Of a stretch of DNA of 64,000 bases, positions 37,932 to 48,500 are shown piece after piece. The notes beneath the pieces were generated by a model, which did no database searches, had not been told where the DNA came from, and saw nothing but the letters and a program-made list of their open reading frames with translations. Each line of letters opens with the position of its first letter. Within the stretch, counting starts at the first letter, position 1. Made by a program: the position numbers and the translations under genes. Source of the stretch: a virus; the IMG/VR virus record IMGVR_UViG_3300037485_001282, positions 79,702 through 143,701 of that record; one strand, written 5' to 3'.

Positions 37932-38000
37932 ATTTGGAACTTAAAGTTAATTATAGTTCCTATAGTAACTTATATTATAAATAAGAATAGGGAACCTGAA

Positions 38001-39635
38001 ATGCCAATTAGTTACAATGTTAAGGGAATGAAAAGACCAAACGAGGTGACTGAATATACTCCAGAAATGCTTCAGGAGTATGTTAAATGCGCCACCGATA
38101 TTATTTATTTTGCGGAGAATTATTACTATATAACATCTACACATAACAATAAAGGAAAACAGTTAGTTGAATTATATGATTTCCAGAAGGATATTTTACA
38201 TGGATTAGTTAACAACGATCATGTTATTCTTAATGCAGCTAGACAGGTTGGTAAATCTACGTGTTCTTGTATTTTTTTATTGTGGTATGCTTTATTTAAT
38301 AAAGATATTGAAATTGCGATATTGGCTAATAAACAAAGAACAGCAACCGAATTAATGGGTGACGTAAAAAATGCTTATTTGGAGTTACCTAATTGGCTAA
38401 AACCAGCGCCATTGAAATATGATGAACTAAACATTGAATTTGATAGTGGAACTAAAATTATTGCGGCAGCAACATCAAAAGACGCTATACGTGGTAGGTC
38501 CATATCAGCCCTACTAATTGATGAGTTCGCACATTTACCAACCAACATAGCCGAAGAGTTCTGGACTGCTGTTTTGCCAACAATTTCCAACGGTGGTAAG
38601 TGTATAGTTGTATCAACCCCCAACGGCGCTGGTGGATTATTCTACGATCTATGGAGAAAAGCAACACTTAAGATAGAAGATTGTGATTTTATTCCGTTTA
38701 AGGCGCGATGGGATGTAGTTCCTGGTAGAGACGAATCATGGAAGAAGAAAATGATGTCTTCTATGAACTCTATCGTTAAGTTTAATCAGGAATTTGAATG
38801 TAACTTCTCAGGATCTTCCAATACACTTATAGAAGGAAATACGTTGGAACGTTTAGTTTCTCAAGTTCCTTTATTAGTGCCTGAAGAGGGATACAGTATT
38901 TGGAAGGCACCTCAGAGGAATCGAATTTACTTAGCGTCTTGTGACGTTGCTAAAGGTGTTAATAGTGACTTCTCGGTAGTTGACATTTATGATGTTACTA
39001 CTTGGCATGTTAATGGAAGATATGATCAAGTTGCTCAGCTACGAACTAATTCACTTGCGTTACTTCCAGAGTTTAAACCCAAAGTAGTTCAGATTTGTCG
39101 TCAGTGGAATAATTGTGCTCTAATAATCGAGAATAATAACTTAGGCGATGTATTAGCTAAAGCGATTCATGAAGAAGATGAATACGAGAATCTTTATTAT
39201 GACTATGACCGAAAGGAAATAGGAGTAAATGCTAATGTTAAAACGAAACCATTAGCTTGTAGGCACTATAAAGAAGATTTAGAGACTAGCGTATTAACTA
39301 TAAGATCTACTGATACTATAAAGGAACTGGCAACATTCGAAGAAGTAATGAGTGGGGTATTTAAGGCGCGTAAAGGAAACGCTTTTCATGATGATACAGT
39401 AACTGTAGGATATTGGGCTGCTTATTGTTTGAGATCGAAGTGGTGGGAAGATCATTTGCATGATATTAGAAAAAATAGCAAAGTAGCTTTATTAGGAAGT
39501 GGATCTAAGAGTTCTCTGATAAATACTCAAGTTAAGGATCCTGACGAAGAAAGTATGAGTAGATTCATGAATATGTTTGACGACAACTTTGAAGACGAAT
39601 TAAAAGGATTTACTGCTGGTCTTGGGAAATTCTGA
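38001..39635 (+). CDS. gp17: Terminase large subunit (uninterrupted)
   Basis: LYDFQ, AARQVGKS, LIDEFAH, VSTPNG, FNQEFEC, DVAKG, IENN, HDDTV; promoter 37976-37983. Confidence 0.97.
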   Translation: MPISYNVKGMKRPNEVTEYTPEMLQEYVKCATDIIYFAENYYYITSTHNNKGKQLVELYDFQKDILHGLVNNDHVILNAARQVGKSTCSCIFLLWYALFNKDIEIAILANKQRTATELMGDVKNAYLELPNWLKPAPLKYDELNIEFDSGTKIIAAATSKDAIRGRSISALLIDEFAHLPTNIAEEFWTAVLPTISNGGKCIVVSTPNGAGGLFYDLWRKATLKIEDCDFIPFKARWDVVPGRDESWKKKMMSSMNSIVKFNQEFECNFSGSSNTLIEGNTLERLVSQVPLLVPEEGYSIWKAPQRNRIYLASCDVAKGVNSDFSVVDIYDVTTWHVNGRYDQVAQLRTNSLALLPEFKPKVVQICRQWNNCALIIENNNLGDVLAKAIHEEDEYENLYYDYDRKEIGVNANVKTKPLACRHYKEDLETSVLTIRSTDTIKELATFEEVMSGVFKARKGNAFHDDTVTVGYWAAYCLRSKWWEDHLHDIRKNSKVALLGSGSKSSLINTQVKDPDEESMSRFMNMFDDNFEDELKGFTAGLGKF

Positions 39636-39645
39636 TTTTTAAAAT

Positions 39646-39712
39646 TATAAATAAGATGAAAACCACACATTATAGCATAAAAATAAAAATATTTACTGCT
39701 CGCTTATAAATA
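39646..39712 (+). promoter_or_regulatory. Tandem late promoters for the sheath/tube operon
   Basis: TATAAATA at 39646-39653 and 39705-39712. Confidence 0.8.
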
Positions 39713-39741
39713 AACATAAGAGAAACTATAAGGAGCTTGGT

Positions 39742-41745
39742 ATGGCACTTTCACCTGGAATCGAATCGATTGAACGCGATATAACAGTAAGAATTCCAAC
39801 AGTAACATCAAGTGTTGGTGCGATTGTTATTGCTGCTGAGAAGGGTGCTATAAACAAGCCCCTTTTAATTAACGACGAAAAACAATATAGAGAAACTTTT
39901 GGTGAGCCTGATGATGTCAATTATCGTCACTGGTTTACTGGAGCAGCTTTCCTAAAATCGTCTGATCAACTTTGGGTTGTTCGTACTGAAGATAAGACAA
40001 AAATGGTTGCTGGTTTAACTATCGGAACTTCTGGTGGTCTTACTTCTTGTGGAACTCCTCTAATCAGTTCTTACCCAACACCAAAAGCATCCGAATACTT
40101 CCCATTAAGTTACGATAATGTCAGTGACGAGGAAGCAAAAGTTGGATCTGTTCCAGTATTCAATACTGGAAACGGCAAAGAAATTTTCCACATTTATGCT
40201 GTTGGTGCTGGTCCATATTACGAAGGAGTTGAAGTTGTTACAATCAACTCTCTCGACTATAAGACACTTTTAGAACTTAAAGAAGAATATGTTCAAGCCA
40301 CAACTACTCAACAAAAACAAGCAGTTGCTAAGAAATACTACACTGGAACTCCAGCAACTTCTGCTGATGCAATTTGGGCTGGTTCTACTGCCCCAGCATC
40401 TGGCGATGCTTACTACGTTGACAGCGGCAACTATCTTGCTTGCTCATTAATTAAAGACGATGTTATTTCTTCCGAAGTTGTTGATAATCAAGTAGTTTGG
40501 TCAGTTGATACTGGTCTTTTGAATACTTATACTTCATTCTCATTCGGCCCACAAGCAAATTACGACTCAAACACCAGAGTATATAGTAATAGTGATGAGT
40601 TCGCAGTCATGGTATTTGATCCAAACGGCAATCTCGCTGAACAATATATTGTATCAAATGAAATCGATAAGTTAAATGACGCTGGTCAGAAAATGTTCGC
40701 TCCAGATGTAATCAATGAAAGCAGTAACTTCATTTATTTCTTCATCGGTGGGGATCCTTCTGAGGCTGGTGGAATTGAGCCAGTAACAACTGGTAAAGTT
40801 AACTTGGCTGGCGCTGACGCATTAACCACAGACTTGTCACAATTAAGTGGCGAGATCGAAGAACAATGGAGAGAATGGTTTGCTAATAAAGAAACCTATC
40901 AAATCGACTTAACTTTCGATCCCGACTATCCAACTGTTCTCAAACAAGCATTGGACGATATTAGCAAAAATATTCGTAAAGACTGTTTTACCCTTTTGAA
41001 TGTTCCTGAAAGCGTAATGGTAAATACTTCTACTCATCGCCCAATCGCACAATATATTACTTCAATGAAGAACTATGTTGCAAATACTCTTAATATTGAT
41101 TCATCTTACTCAGCAATTTATGGACAATATTTCAAGATTTATGATAGATTCAATGAAAAGAACCGTTGGGTTCCTGTTACTGGATATGTCGCTGCTAATA
41201 TAGCAACTTCGGATTTCAGTACTGCACAATGGAATGCTCCTGCTGGTTTTGCTAGAGGCGTAATTGACGGAATAGTTGATGTTGCAATTACTCCATCCCA
41301 AGCACAGCGCGATGTTATGTACTCAAATAAGATCAATGCTATTGTTAACTTTAATGGTCAAGGCATCGTTATTTGGGGACAAAAGACTATGCAAGGTCGC
41401 CCAAGTGCATTCGATAGAATCAATGTTCGTAGATTGTTCCTACACCTCGAAAGAAGTATCGAAAAGTTAGCTAGATATTTCATCTTCGAAATTAACGACG
41501 AAACCACAAGATCAAGATTCCGTGGAATTGTTAATGGTTTCTTGGCAGAAATCAAATCTCGTAGAGGCGTAACTGATTTCTTAGTAGTTTGTGACTCAAC
41601 TAATAACGGTCCAGATGTTATTGATCGAAATGAATTTGTTGCTGAAATTTTAGTTAAGCCAAGCAGAGCAATCGAATTCGTTAGACTCGTATTTACTGCT
41701 GTTAGTACTGGGGTTAGTTTCTCAGAAGTAGTTGGTAGAGGTTGA
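39742..41745 (+). CDS. gp18: Tail sheath protein
   Basis: LSPGI, WNAPAGFARG, WGQKT, FDRINVRRLF, FEINDETTR, VKPSRAIEFV. Confidence 0.97.
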   Translation: MALSPGIESIERDITVRIPTVTSSVGAIVIAAEKGAINKPLLINDEKQYRETFGEPDDVNYRHWFTGAAFLKSSDQLWVVRTEDKTKMVAGLTIGTSGGLTSCGTPLISSYPTPKASEYFPLSYDNVSDEEAKVGSVPVFNTGNGKEIFHIYAVGAGPYYEGVEVVTINSLDYKTLLELKEEYVQATTTQQKQAVAKKYYTGTPATSADAIWAGSTAPASGDAYYVDSGNYLACSLIKDDVISSEVVDNQVVWSVDTGLLNTYTSFSFGPQANYDSNTRVYSNSDEFAVMVFDPNGNLAEQYIVSNEIDKLNDAGQKMFAPDVINESSNFIYFFIGGDPSEAGGIEPVTTGKVNLAGADALTTDLSQLSGEIEEQWREWFANKETYQIDLTFDPDYPTVLKQALDDISKNIRKDCFTLLNVPESVMVNTSTHRPIAQYITSMKNYVANTLNIDSSYSAIYGQYFKIYDRFNEKNRWVPVTGYVAANIATSDFSTAQWNAPAGFARGVIDGIVDVAITPSQAQRDVMYSNKINAIVNFNGQGIVIWGQKTMQGRPSAFDRINVRRLFLHLERSIEKLARYFIFEINDETTRSRFRGIVNGFLAEIKSRRGVTDFLVVCDSTNNGPDVIDRNEFVAEILVKPSRAIEFVRLVFTAVSTGVSFSEVVGRG

Positions 41746-41788
41746 ATTAGGTAGGTCAGATTAGATTAAATAAACACAGGAGAAAACC

Positions 41789-42451
41789 ATGCCATTCCCA
41801 TCAGACGTAGAATCAATGAATCTTTATAGTTTCCGTCAAACTATTAGAGATGTTAGTCGTCCTTATCTGTTTATGGTCGAGATGCCAAATATTGATACTA
41901 GTGCCGCTAAGTTAACCGCTTTTGCGAGAACTACATCATTACCAAAGTATTCTCTTTCTACAATTGATATTCCGTTTCAATCACAGAAACTTAAATTGGC
42001 TGGTCCAGCTAACATTGAAGGAACTTGGCAGGTTGAGTTTCTCTGTGACGAACTACATACTTTACGAAATAAATTCCTTAGTTGGGCTCAGATTGGGTTC
42101 GATATTCAAAGACTTCAAGCTGGTGCTCCGTCTTCTTATAAGTATGATTTAGCTAAAGTTGTTCAATTAGCTCGTAATGGCGCTAGAATTGCACAATATC
42201 AGTTCGTTGGCCTATTCCCAACTTCAGTTGGTGAAATTCAATTATCACACGAAGAACAAGGTTACGCTAAGTTCCCAGTAGAATTCGCGTATGATTACTA
42301 TACTATCGATCAAGCAAATTCATTTGACGTTAACTCAAGTGCATTCCAAATTGGCGCTACTGGTATTGGTGCTACTACTGACTTGGCTGCATTGGCTGGC
42401 GCAACTAATATCAATGAAGTAACTGGTACTATTGGTAACAACGGGGGCTGA
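41789..42451 (+). CDS. gp19: Tail tube protein 1
   Basis: SRPYLFMVEMP, WQVEFLCD, YQFVGLFPTSVGEIQLSH, FAYDY. Confidence 0.9.
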   Translation: MPFPSDVESMNLYSFRQTIRDVSRPYLFMVEMPNIDTSAAKLTAFARTTSLPKYSLSTIDIPFQSQKLKLAGPANIEGTWQVEFLCDELHTLRNKFLSWAQIGFDIQRLQAGAPSSYKYDLAKVVQLARNGARIAQYQFVGLFPTSVGEIQLSHEEQGYAKFPVEFAYDYYTIDQANSFDVNSSAFQIGATGIGATTDLAALAGATNINEVTGTIGNNGG

Positions 42452-42473
42452 GATTAATTTTTAAGATCGATTT

Positions 42474-42514
42474 ATTAGCCCTAGATCGAATTAAACGATC
42501 TGGGGCTAATTTTT
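42474..42514 (+). terminator. Hairpin/terminator between the two tail tube genes
   Basis: ATTAGCCCTAGATCG-7 nt-CGATCTGGGGCTAAT + TTTT. Confidence 0.75.
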
Positions 42515-42523
42515 AAGGAAAAA

Positions 42524-43234
42524 ATGCCATTCCCATCTAATAATCTTTACAATAAAGATAACGACATGAATCTTCTTGATTTCAGGAAGATAATTAATGA
42601 CGTTTCTAGATCTTATTTGTTTATGTTGGAGATGCCGAACATCGATACCGATGCGAGAAAATTAACATCATTCGCTAGATCAACGACAATGCCTGGATAT
42701 AATATCGAAGAAACTTCTTTTAAATTTCAAACAGCTACAATAAAACTAGGCTATGGGGCTACTTTTAATGATTGGACCGTTGAATTTTTAAACGATCAAG
42801 TTTATTCTTTAAGAAGTAAATTTTTGGCTTGGATGTCGCAAATATATGATCCAGTTAGAGTTATGTCAATGTCAGCCAATTCCTATAAGTATGATGGTGT
42901 TAAAATTCATCAATTATCTAGAACTGGGAAAAAAGTTCAAACATGTCAATTTGTTGGGCTATTTCCTAAATCAATATCAGATATTAACTTAAAACACGAT
43001 GCGACTGAATTGCAGACATTTACGGTTAATTTCGCTTATGATTATTTTACTATTGATTCTGGAAACCCTCTGGAAGCGACAATAGACCTCGCTACAGGAA
43101 ATACGGACGGAAATGGTATAGGATTGAGTGGGATCGTGGGAAGAGCGCCAGCAGCGGGAACTCCGCAAAATAACGTAGCTGGAGTATTTGATGTATATGG
43201 TGGAATGAAGAAAGCAAAATCCGCATTAATATAA
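42524..43234 (+). CDS. gp19: Tail tube protein 2 (paralog)
   Basis: Aligns end to end with 41789..42451 (MPFPS, SR.YLFM.EMPNIDT, QFVGLFP, FAYDY). Confidence 0.88.
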   Translation: MPFPSNNLYNKDNDMNLLDFRKIINDVSRSYLFMLEMPNIDTDARKLTSFARSTTMPGYNIEETSFKFQTATIKLGYGATFNDWTVEFLNDQVYSLRSKFLAWMSQIYDPVRVMSMSANSYKYDGVKIHQLSRTGKKVQTCQFVGLFPKSISDINLKHDATELQTFTVNFAYDYFTIDSGNPLEATIDLATGNTDGNGIGLSGIVGRAPAAGTPQNNVAGVFDVYGGMKKAKSALI

Positions 43235-43285
43235 AAAATATCTTTTATATTGTCAATAAAATTTAGTTTATGATATAATATTACC

Positions 43286-44416
43286 ATGAACCTGACCATT
43301 AAATGTAAACTATTAGCTAACCAAGAACAACATCAGCAATTGCGGGACGTAATGATAGCATTTAATAATGCTTGTAACTGGGTTAGTGAAGTTTGTTTTA
43401 ATAAAAAGATTTTTAATAAGTTCGGACTACATAAAGAAGTTTATTACGAAACAAGACAGCGTTTTAATCTTTCTAGTCAGATGGTTATTCGAGTAATAGG
43501 CAAAGTAGCGGATAGTTATAAAGATTTTAAAAAGCGAGAAACCCAGCACGAATTTAAAGATTTAGGGGCAATCGATTACGACGAAAGAAATTTCGGAGTC
43601 AAAAAAGATGGAATTTCTATTTCTATCTTAGGTGGAAGAACAATAATGGATTATCGTTCAAGAAAACCTCTCTCAGAATACAAAATTTGTAGCCAGTGCA
43701 AACTATCCTATGATAAGCCAAAGAACAAGTTTTATGTTTTGTTGTCGGTTGAAGAGATGGAACCAGTTCCAGATAAAGTTGAAAATTTTATTGGTGTTGA
43801 TATGGGAATTGTTAAGTTGGCAACTTGTTCTGATGGAGAAATTTTTACTGGTGAAGCAGTTGAGAATCATAGAGTTAAACTAACATTATTAAAGACGAAA
43901 TTGCAGAGTAAGGGAAGTAAGTCAGCGAAACGGCATTTAAAAAAGATTTCGAGAAAAGAAGGAAGGTTTAAGAGAGATGTAAATCATTGTATTAGCAAGA
44001 AGATAGTAAAGAAAGCAAAGGCACTTGGCGTCGGGGTAAAGATCGAAGATCTTTCTTTTGACAACAAAGAACCAGTTATGAAGTTTAACCAGAAACAGCG
44101 TGATAATAACGCTAAGATGGGTAAATGGGCTTTCGGTCAATTGACCAACTATCTTGGGTATAAGGGGAAAAGAGCAGGAGTTCCTGTTTTGTTTGTTAAT
44201 CCCGCTTATACTTCGCAAAAATGCAGCAAGTGTGGACATACTGAAGAAGATAACCGTCTGTCCCAATCTGAATTCTGTTGTATATCCTGTGGATACAAAG
44301 AAAACGCAGATATTAATGCTGCAATTAATATTTCTCGGGCTGCCGTCAACCAGCCTATTGTAGCCACTAGAAAAAGTGCGTTACAAGCCCCGCTATTAAT
44401 TGGTGTGGGTAGTTGA
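43286..44416 (+). CDS. tnpB: RNA-guided endonuclease TnpB (IS200/IS605 family), no tnpA
   Basis: RuvC I GVDMG, RuvC II IEDL, zinc finger YTSQKCSKCG...CISCG, RuvC III NADINAAINI; TG-TATAAT promoter at 43271-43279. Confidence 0.95.
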   Translation: MNLTIKCKLLANQEQHQQLRDVMIAFNNACNWVSEVCFNKKIFNKFGLHKEVYYETRQRFNLSSQMVIRVIGKVADSYKDFKKRETQHEFKDLGAIDYDERNFGVKKDGISISILGGRTIMDYRSRKPLSEYKICSQCKLSYDKPKNKFYVLLSVEEMEPVPDKVENFIGVDMGIVKLATCSDGEIFTGEAVENHRVKLTLLKTKLQSKGSKSAKRHLKKISRKEGRFKRDVNHCISKKIVKKAKALGVGVKIEDLSFDNKEPVMKFNQKQRDNNAKMGKWAFGQLTNYLGYKGKRAGVPVLFVNPAYTSQKCSKCGHTEEDNRLSQSEFCCISCGYKENADINAAINISRAAVNQPIVATRKSALQAPLLIGVGS

Positions 44417-44433
44417 CGATCGAGATGCCAAAA
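44290..44433 (+). ncRNA. Predicted omega/reRNA: right-end scaffold plus guide at 44418-44432 (5' boundary uncertain)
   Basis: IS605-type right end AAGCCCCGCTATTAATTGGTGTGGGTAGTTGAC ending 44417; GTCAAC (44345-44350) complementary to GTTGAC (44412-44417). Confidence 0.7.
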
Positions 44434-44467
44434 GATTAAAGACAAAAACCAACAAGGAGACATTCAA

Positions 44468-45265
44468 ATGTCAGATCGACCAACTTTTTCAGCTAGTGAC
44501 TTAAAGAAACTATTAGCTACTAAATCTTCCCCAGAGAATGTAGTAAAACTATGCTACAGTCAAAGAGAAGTTTATATTAAGCCAATTAAGATTAAGGATA
44601 AGAAAGAAATCTTAAAGTCCATTGAAACTAAGAATGAAGTAGTTATCAATAAAGCCTTTGATGATATTTTGGAAAAATTCGTAGAAGCCGTAGATGGTCA
44701 AGAGTTTACTATTGGTGAACTTACGACTCAGGAACGTCAGCAACTTTTAGTTCATATTAAAGTCGCCGCTTCGGGAACTAACGCTAATATTATGCACGAA
44801 TGTCCAGCATGTGGCGACGTTAATCAGAATATTAAATATGATTTATCAAAAATGTACGTGAAGAACTACGTGAAGCCAGAAACTGGAGAAGAGATAATTA
44901 TTTCCACTCTCTCAGGAACCATTAAGGTTAAATTAGGTCCAGTTACAAGAAATAAAGAAATTGAGATTGAAAACTATATTAAGCGAAACAAGATAACGCA
45001 AACAACCGAAAAGAACTTCGTCATGATGGCTGCTGCTATTAAATCAATTTCTATTGTTCAGGATGATATAGAGAATGAAGTTAGCATGAGTATGGCGGAA
45101 TTAATTGATATTTTCGATAGTTTACCAGAGAATGAACTTGAGAAAATAATGAATTATTTCAAGTCTTCTGACTTCGGAGCAAAAATGCCGTTTGATTTTA
45201 AGTGTCAAAAATGTGGACACGAATCAGAACAAGAGGTCAACGTTATAGCTTTTTTTATCAATTGA
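44468..45265 (+). CDS. gp26: Baseplate hub assembly protein
   Basis: YIKPIKIKDKKEIL, CPACG, CQKCG; ends ...FFIN. Confidence 0.78.
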   Translation: MSDRPTFSASDLKKLLATKSSPENVVKLCYSQREVYIKPIKIKDKKEILKSIETKNEVVINKAFDDILEKFVEAVDGQEFTIGELTTQERQQLLVHIKVAASGTNANIMHECPACGDVNQNIKYDLSKMYVKNYVKPETGEEIIISTLSGTIKVKLGPVTRNKEIEIENYIKRNKITQTTEKNFVMMAAAIKSISIVQDDIENEVSMSMAELIDIFDSLPENELEKIMNYFKSSDFGAKMPFDFKCQKCGHESEQEVNVIAFFIN

Positions 45266-45543
45266 TGCTAATGAACTCCTGTTACCAGCAGGAGCTTAAT
45301 TATGAAATAGAGTTACTCTGTTGGGGTGATAAGTTATTTACTTACTCCGAAGTAGAAAATCTAGATACTCATGAGTTTGAAGTGTTTAGGACTATCTTTA
45401 AGGAAAAAGCAGAGTCAGAAGCTAAAGCCAAGCAAGAGTTCATTAAAAATACTTTTGAATTTGCTAGAAAATGCGTAGAAGTCATTTGTAAAACTATTTC
45501 AGGTGCGTTCGGAACAAAAACGACTTCTAATAAAGTTAATTGA
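45265..45543 (+). CDS. Baseplate hub assembly protein (gp51-like)
   Basis: TGATG coupling with gp26; FTYSEVENL..HEFEVF. Confidence 0.6.
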   Translation: MLMNSCYQQELNYEIELLCWGDKLFTYSEVENLDTHEFEVFRTIFKEKAESEAKAKQEFIKNTFEFARKCVEVICKTISGAFGTKTTSNKVN

Positions 45544-45571
45544 TTTTTAATTTTTATAAATAAAGATAATT

Positions 45572-48500
45572 ATGGCTTCAAATTTCACCACAGATCAACT
45601 TAAAAAGATGCTTCAAGAGAACCAAGCGAAATTGGATTCTCTTGACTCATCTGATATAGTTGCTTCTAAGGAACTAAAAAAGTCTATTGATAAGATCTCT
45701 AAGTTACTTTTAAGGACCGAGAAAGGTATCTTAAAGGAACTTAAAGAATCTAATAAAAAGAATCAAAAGAAAAAAGATGACTCAGTAGATATTAAACGTT
45801 TAGCCGAAGAAAATAAAAAGGATCTTAAGAATAGGTTTTCTGAGTTTTATCAGAGAAATCAATTAAATAGAAAAGCTATCAACGATTCATATATTAGAAA
45901 AATCGACGATATAAATCATAGATATAAAAAGGATCTTAGAAAAGCGTTTTCTACTTTAAATGAAAATTTGCACGCAGATATTTTAGTAAATCAGAAAGTT
46001 ATTGAAAAATATCTTAATAGATTTGCTGACTATATGACCGAAAAAATAACGAAAGTATTTAATGTTGCTTTTAGTTATTTAAAAAACGCTACATTAAACG
46101 CTTTTAGTAAAATTAAAGGATTAGTCACATCATTAGGAGATAAGTTAGGTTCTGTTATTAAAGGTACTTGGGAGAAACTTAAAGGAGCTATATTTCATCC
46201 AATTGATTCAGTTAAGACTATAATTAGTAACTCTTTAAGTTATGTTTGGCAAGGTATAAAGAAAATAGGATCATTAATAAAAGATGCTTTCGTGTTTGTG
46301 ATAAAGAAAATTTGGGAAGGACTTAAATGGGTAGCTGGGGTTATTTGGGGAGTTATTAAAATTGGATTTAAATTAATGTGGACTATATTATCTGGTATTG
46401 GAAAATTCGTATTCTCCATGTTTAAGTGGATAAGCACATTTTTACTAAAGGTTATATGGGGAACTTTGGTTAAGATAACATCCTTTTTATTGTCTGCTAT
46501 TTGGGAAGGAATTAAAACAGTAGGTTCTTTTTTAATGTCTGTTATGTGGGCGACTATAAAAGGAATCGCTAAAACCGTTTTCCAAATAGCTTTTACAATA
46601 GTTAAAACAATTGCCAATATGGTAGTGACGTTAATTACATCGGCATTAGCTCCTTGGTTGGGGCTAATAGCTCTTGTAGGTGCTGGTGTTTACCTTTTAG
46701 GTTACTGGATGGGTTGGTGGGGTAGCAAGGGAAACAGTGAAACATCGAAAGCAGGAATTAATGTTGGTGGAAAAGAAATAAAACAAGGTGGAATATTTGA
46801 AACTATTGGAAATTGGGTTAAGAAAGCACTGGGGATAGGTGAGTCTTTTGCTGTTTGGTTATGTGATCAAATAGTATGGGCTTGGGATAAACTGTGGGTG
46901 GTTATTAAGAAGACGTGGGGGATTACCACTGACTTTGGTGGTTGGATTCTTGATCAGCTTAAGATTTTTTGGAACTGGGCAACATCAAAAGAAAAAAGAG
47001 ACGATTATAGACTTTTTGAAAAAAATATTGAGTTTTATGAAAAACAATTAGAAAACTTAATGATGCTAGATCCAGACAAGATAAAGGAATATACAGAAAA
47101 CCTAAAAGCTGATAAAGTTTCATTAGAAAAACTATCAGACACAATGCCTTTATTATCTAAGCTCATTATAAAAATAGAAGATATGTGGACGAAGTATATT
47201 AAACCAATAATCAATGATGTAATTAAAAAGATAGAATCGGCGTGGGAGTGGATAAGTAGTTTAGTAAAAGGAAAAGGTAGTTGGTCTTCGCCCGATGAAA
47301 ATAGTATATTGGGGTCTATATATAAATCATTATTTGGAACAAATTCAATTAACTGGGCGTCTCCGTCATATGATAGTTTATTGGGTCAAATTTATAACAT
47401 AATATTTGGTAAAAACACTATTGATTTTAAATCAAGTCTGGGATTAGTTGGGTTTATATATAGCACAATATATGATATTAATTTCTTTATTATAGATTCG
47501 ATAGAAAAATACATACTTCCTGTTTTTAATTCGATAATGGATTTTCTTTCTAATATCATAGAAATCATTAGTCCAGATTATGCTGAAAAAGTTAGTCAAA
47601 TTTCTGGTTCGGTTAAATTAAATATATCTAATAGAGTTTCTGAAGCTAAAGGATTTCAATTAACAAACACCAAAGAAAAAATATCCGAGTTATCCGAATC
47701 CATAAAATCGCCAAGTAACGGTGAGTCAAAAGAACATTTTGAAAAAAGAAAAGAAGAAACAGAAAAACTAATAAAGGCATTGGAATCTAAAGTTGGCGGA
47801 AGGGAAAAATCAGATAACGAAAAGAAGCGAGCGGAGAAATCATTTGCTATTGCGTTAAGAAACACCACAAAAGTACTATCTGGATTACAAGTTTCGGTAA
47901 GTTCTTTATTAGGATCTACGTTAGACGAAAATCAAATTAAGGCGTTATCGAATAGACCAAGAAATTTTTGGAAAAGTAGGGGATTTGATACTGATTTTGT
48001 AAATACTCCATTAGATGCTTATTCAGAGTTGAGAGATTTATATTTAGCTAAGGATAAAAGTTACTATGGTAAAAACCTAAAAAACCTTCAAGCGGATTTT
48101 AATAAAAACAATCCAGATTGGAAAAAGTATATAGACAAAGATTTAATTGGAAAATTAAATACTATGCGGTCTAGTATAGACGAAAACAGATTACAAATTC
48201 AAGAATCACTAGATAATATGTATGAACAGAAGGCATCTAGTTTGGCTACTGGGTGGAGTTTTGGAAAAAAAGAATTAAATTGGTATAAAAAAGACGCCGA
48301 AAAATATATGGATGAAAATTTATATAAAATATTTACTGGTGACGCATTTAATTCTTATTTAAATCCGATGTCAAGATTTTTTACTAAGATACGAGAAATC
48401 GATCCTCAGTACGGATTAGCTAGAGGCGGTATAGTTAAACCACAACCACATGGAGTTAACATTATAGCTGCTGAGGCAGGTTCTCCAGAGGTAATATTGC

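Noticed and set aside
38001-39635. Intein in large terminase
   Set aside because: Motifs are contiguous and length is normal.
43286-44416. Nuclease-dead TnpB (TldR) or Cas12f with CRISPR array
   Set aside because: All three RuvC acidic residues are present; no repeat-spacer array nearby.
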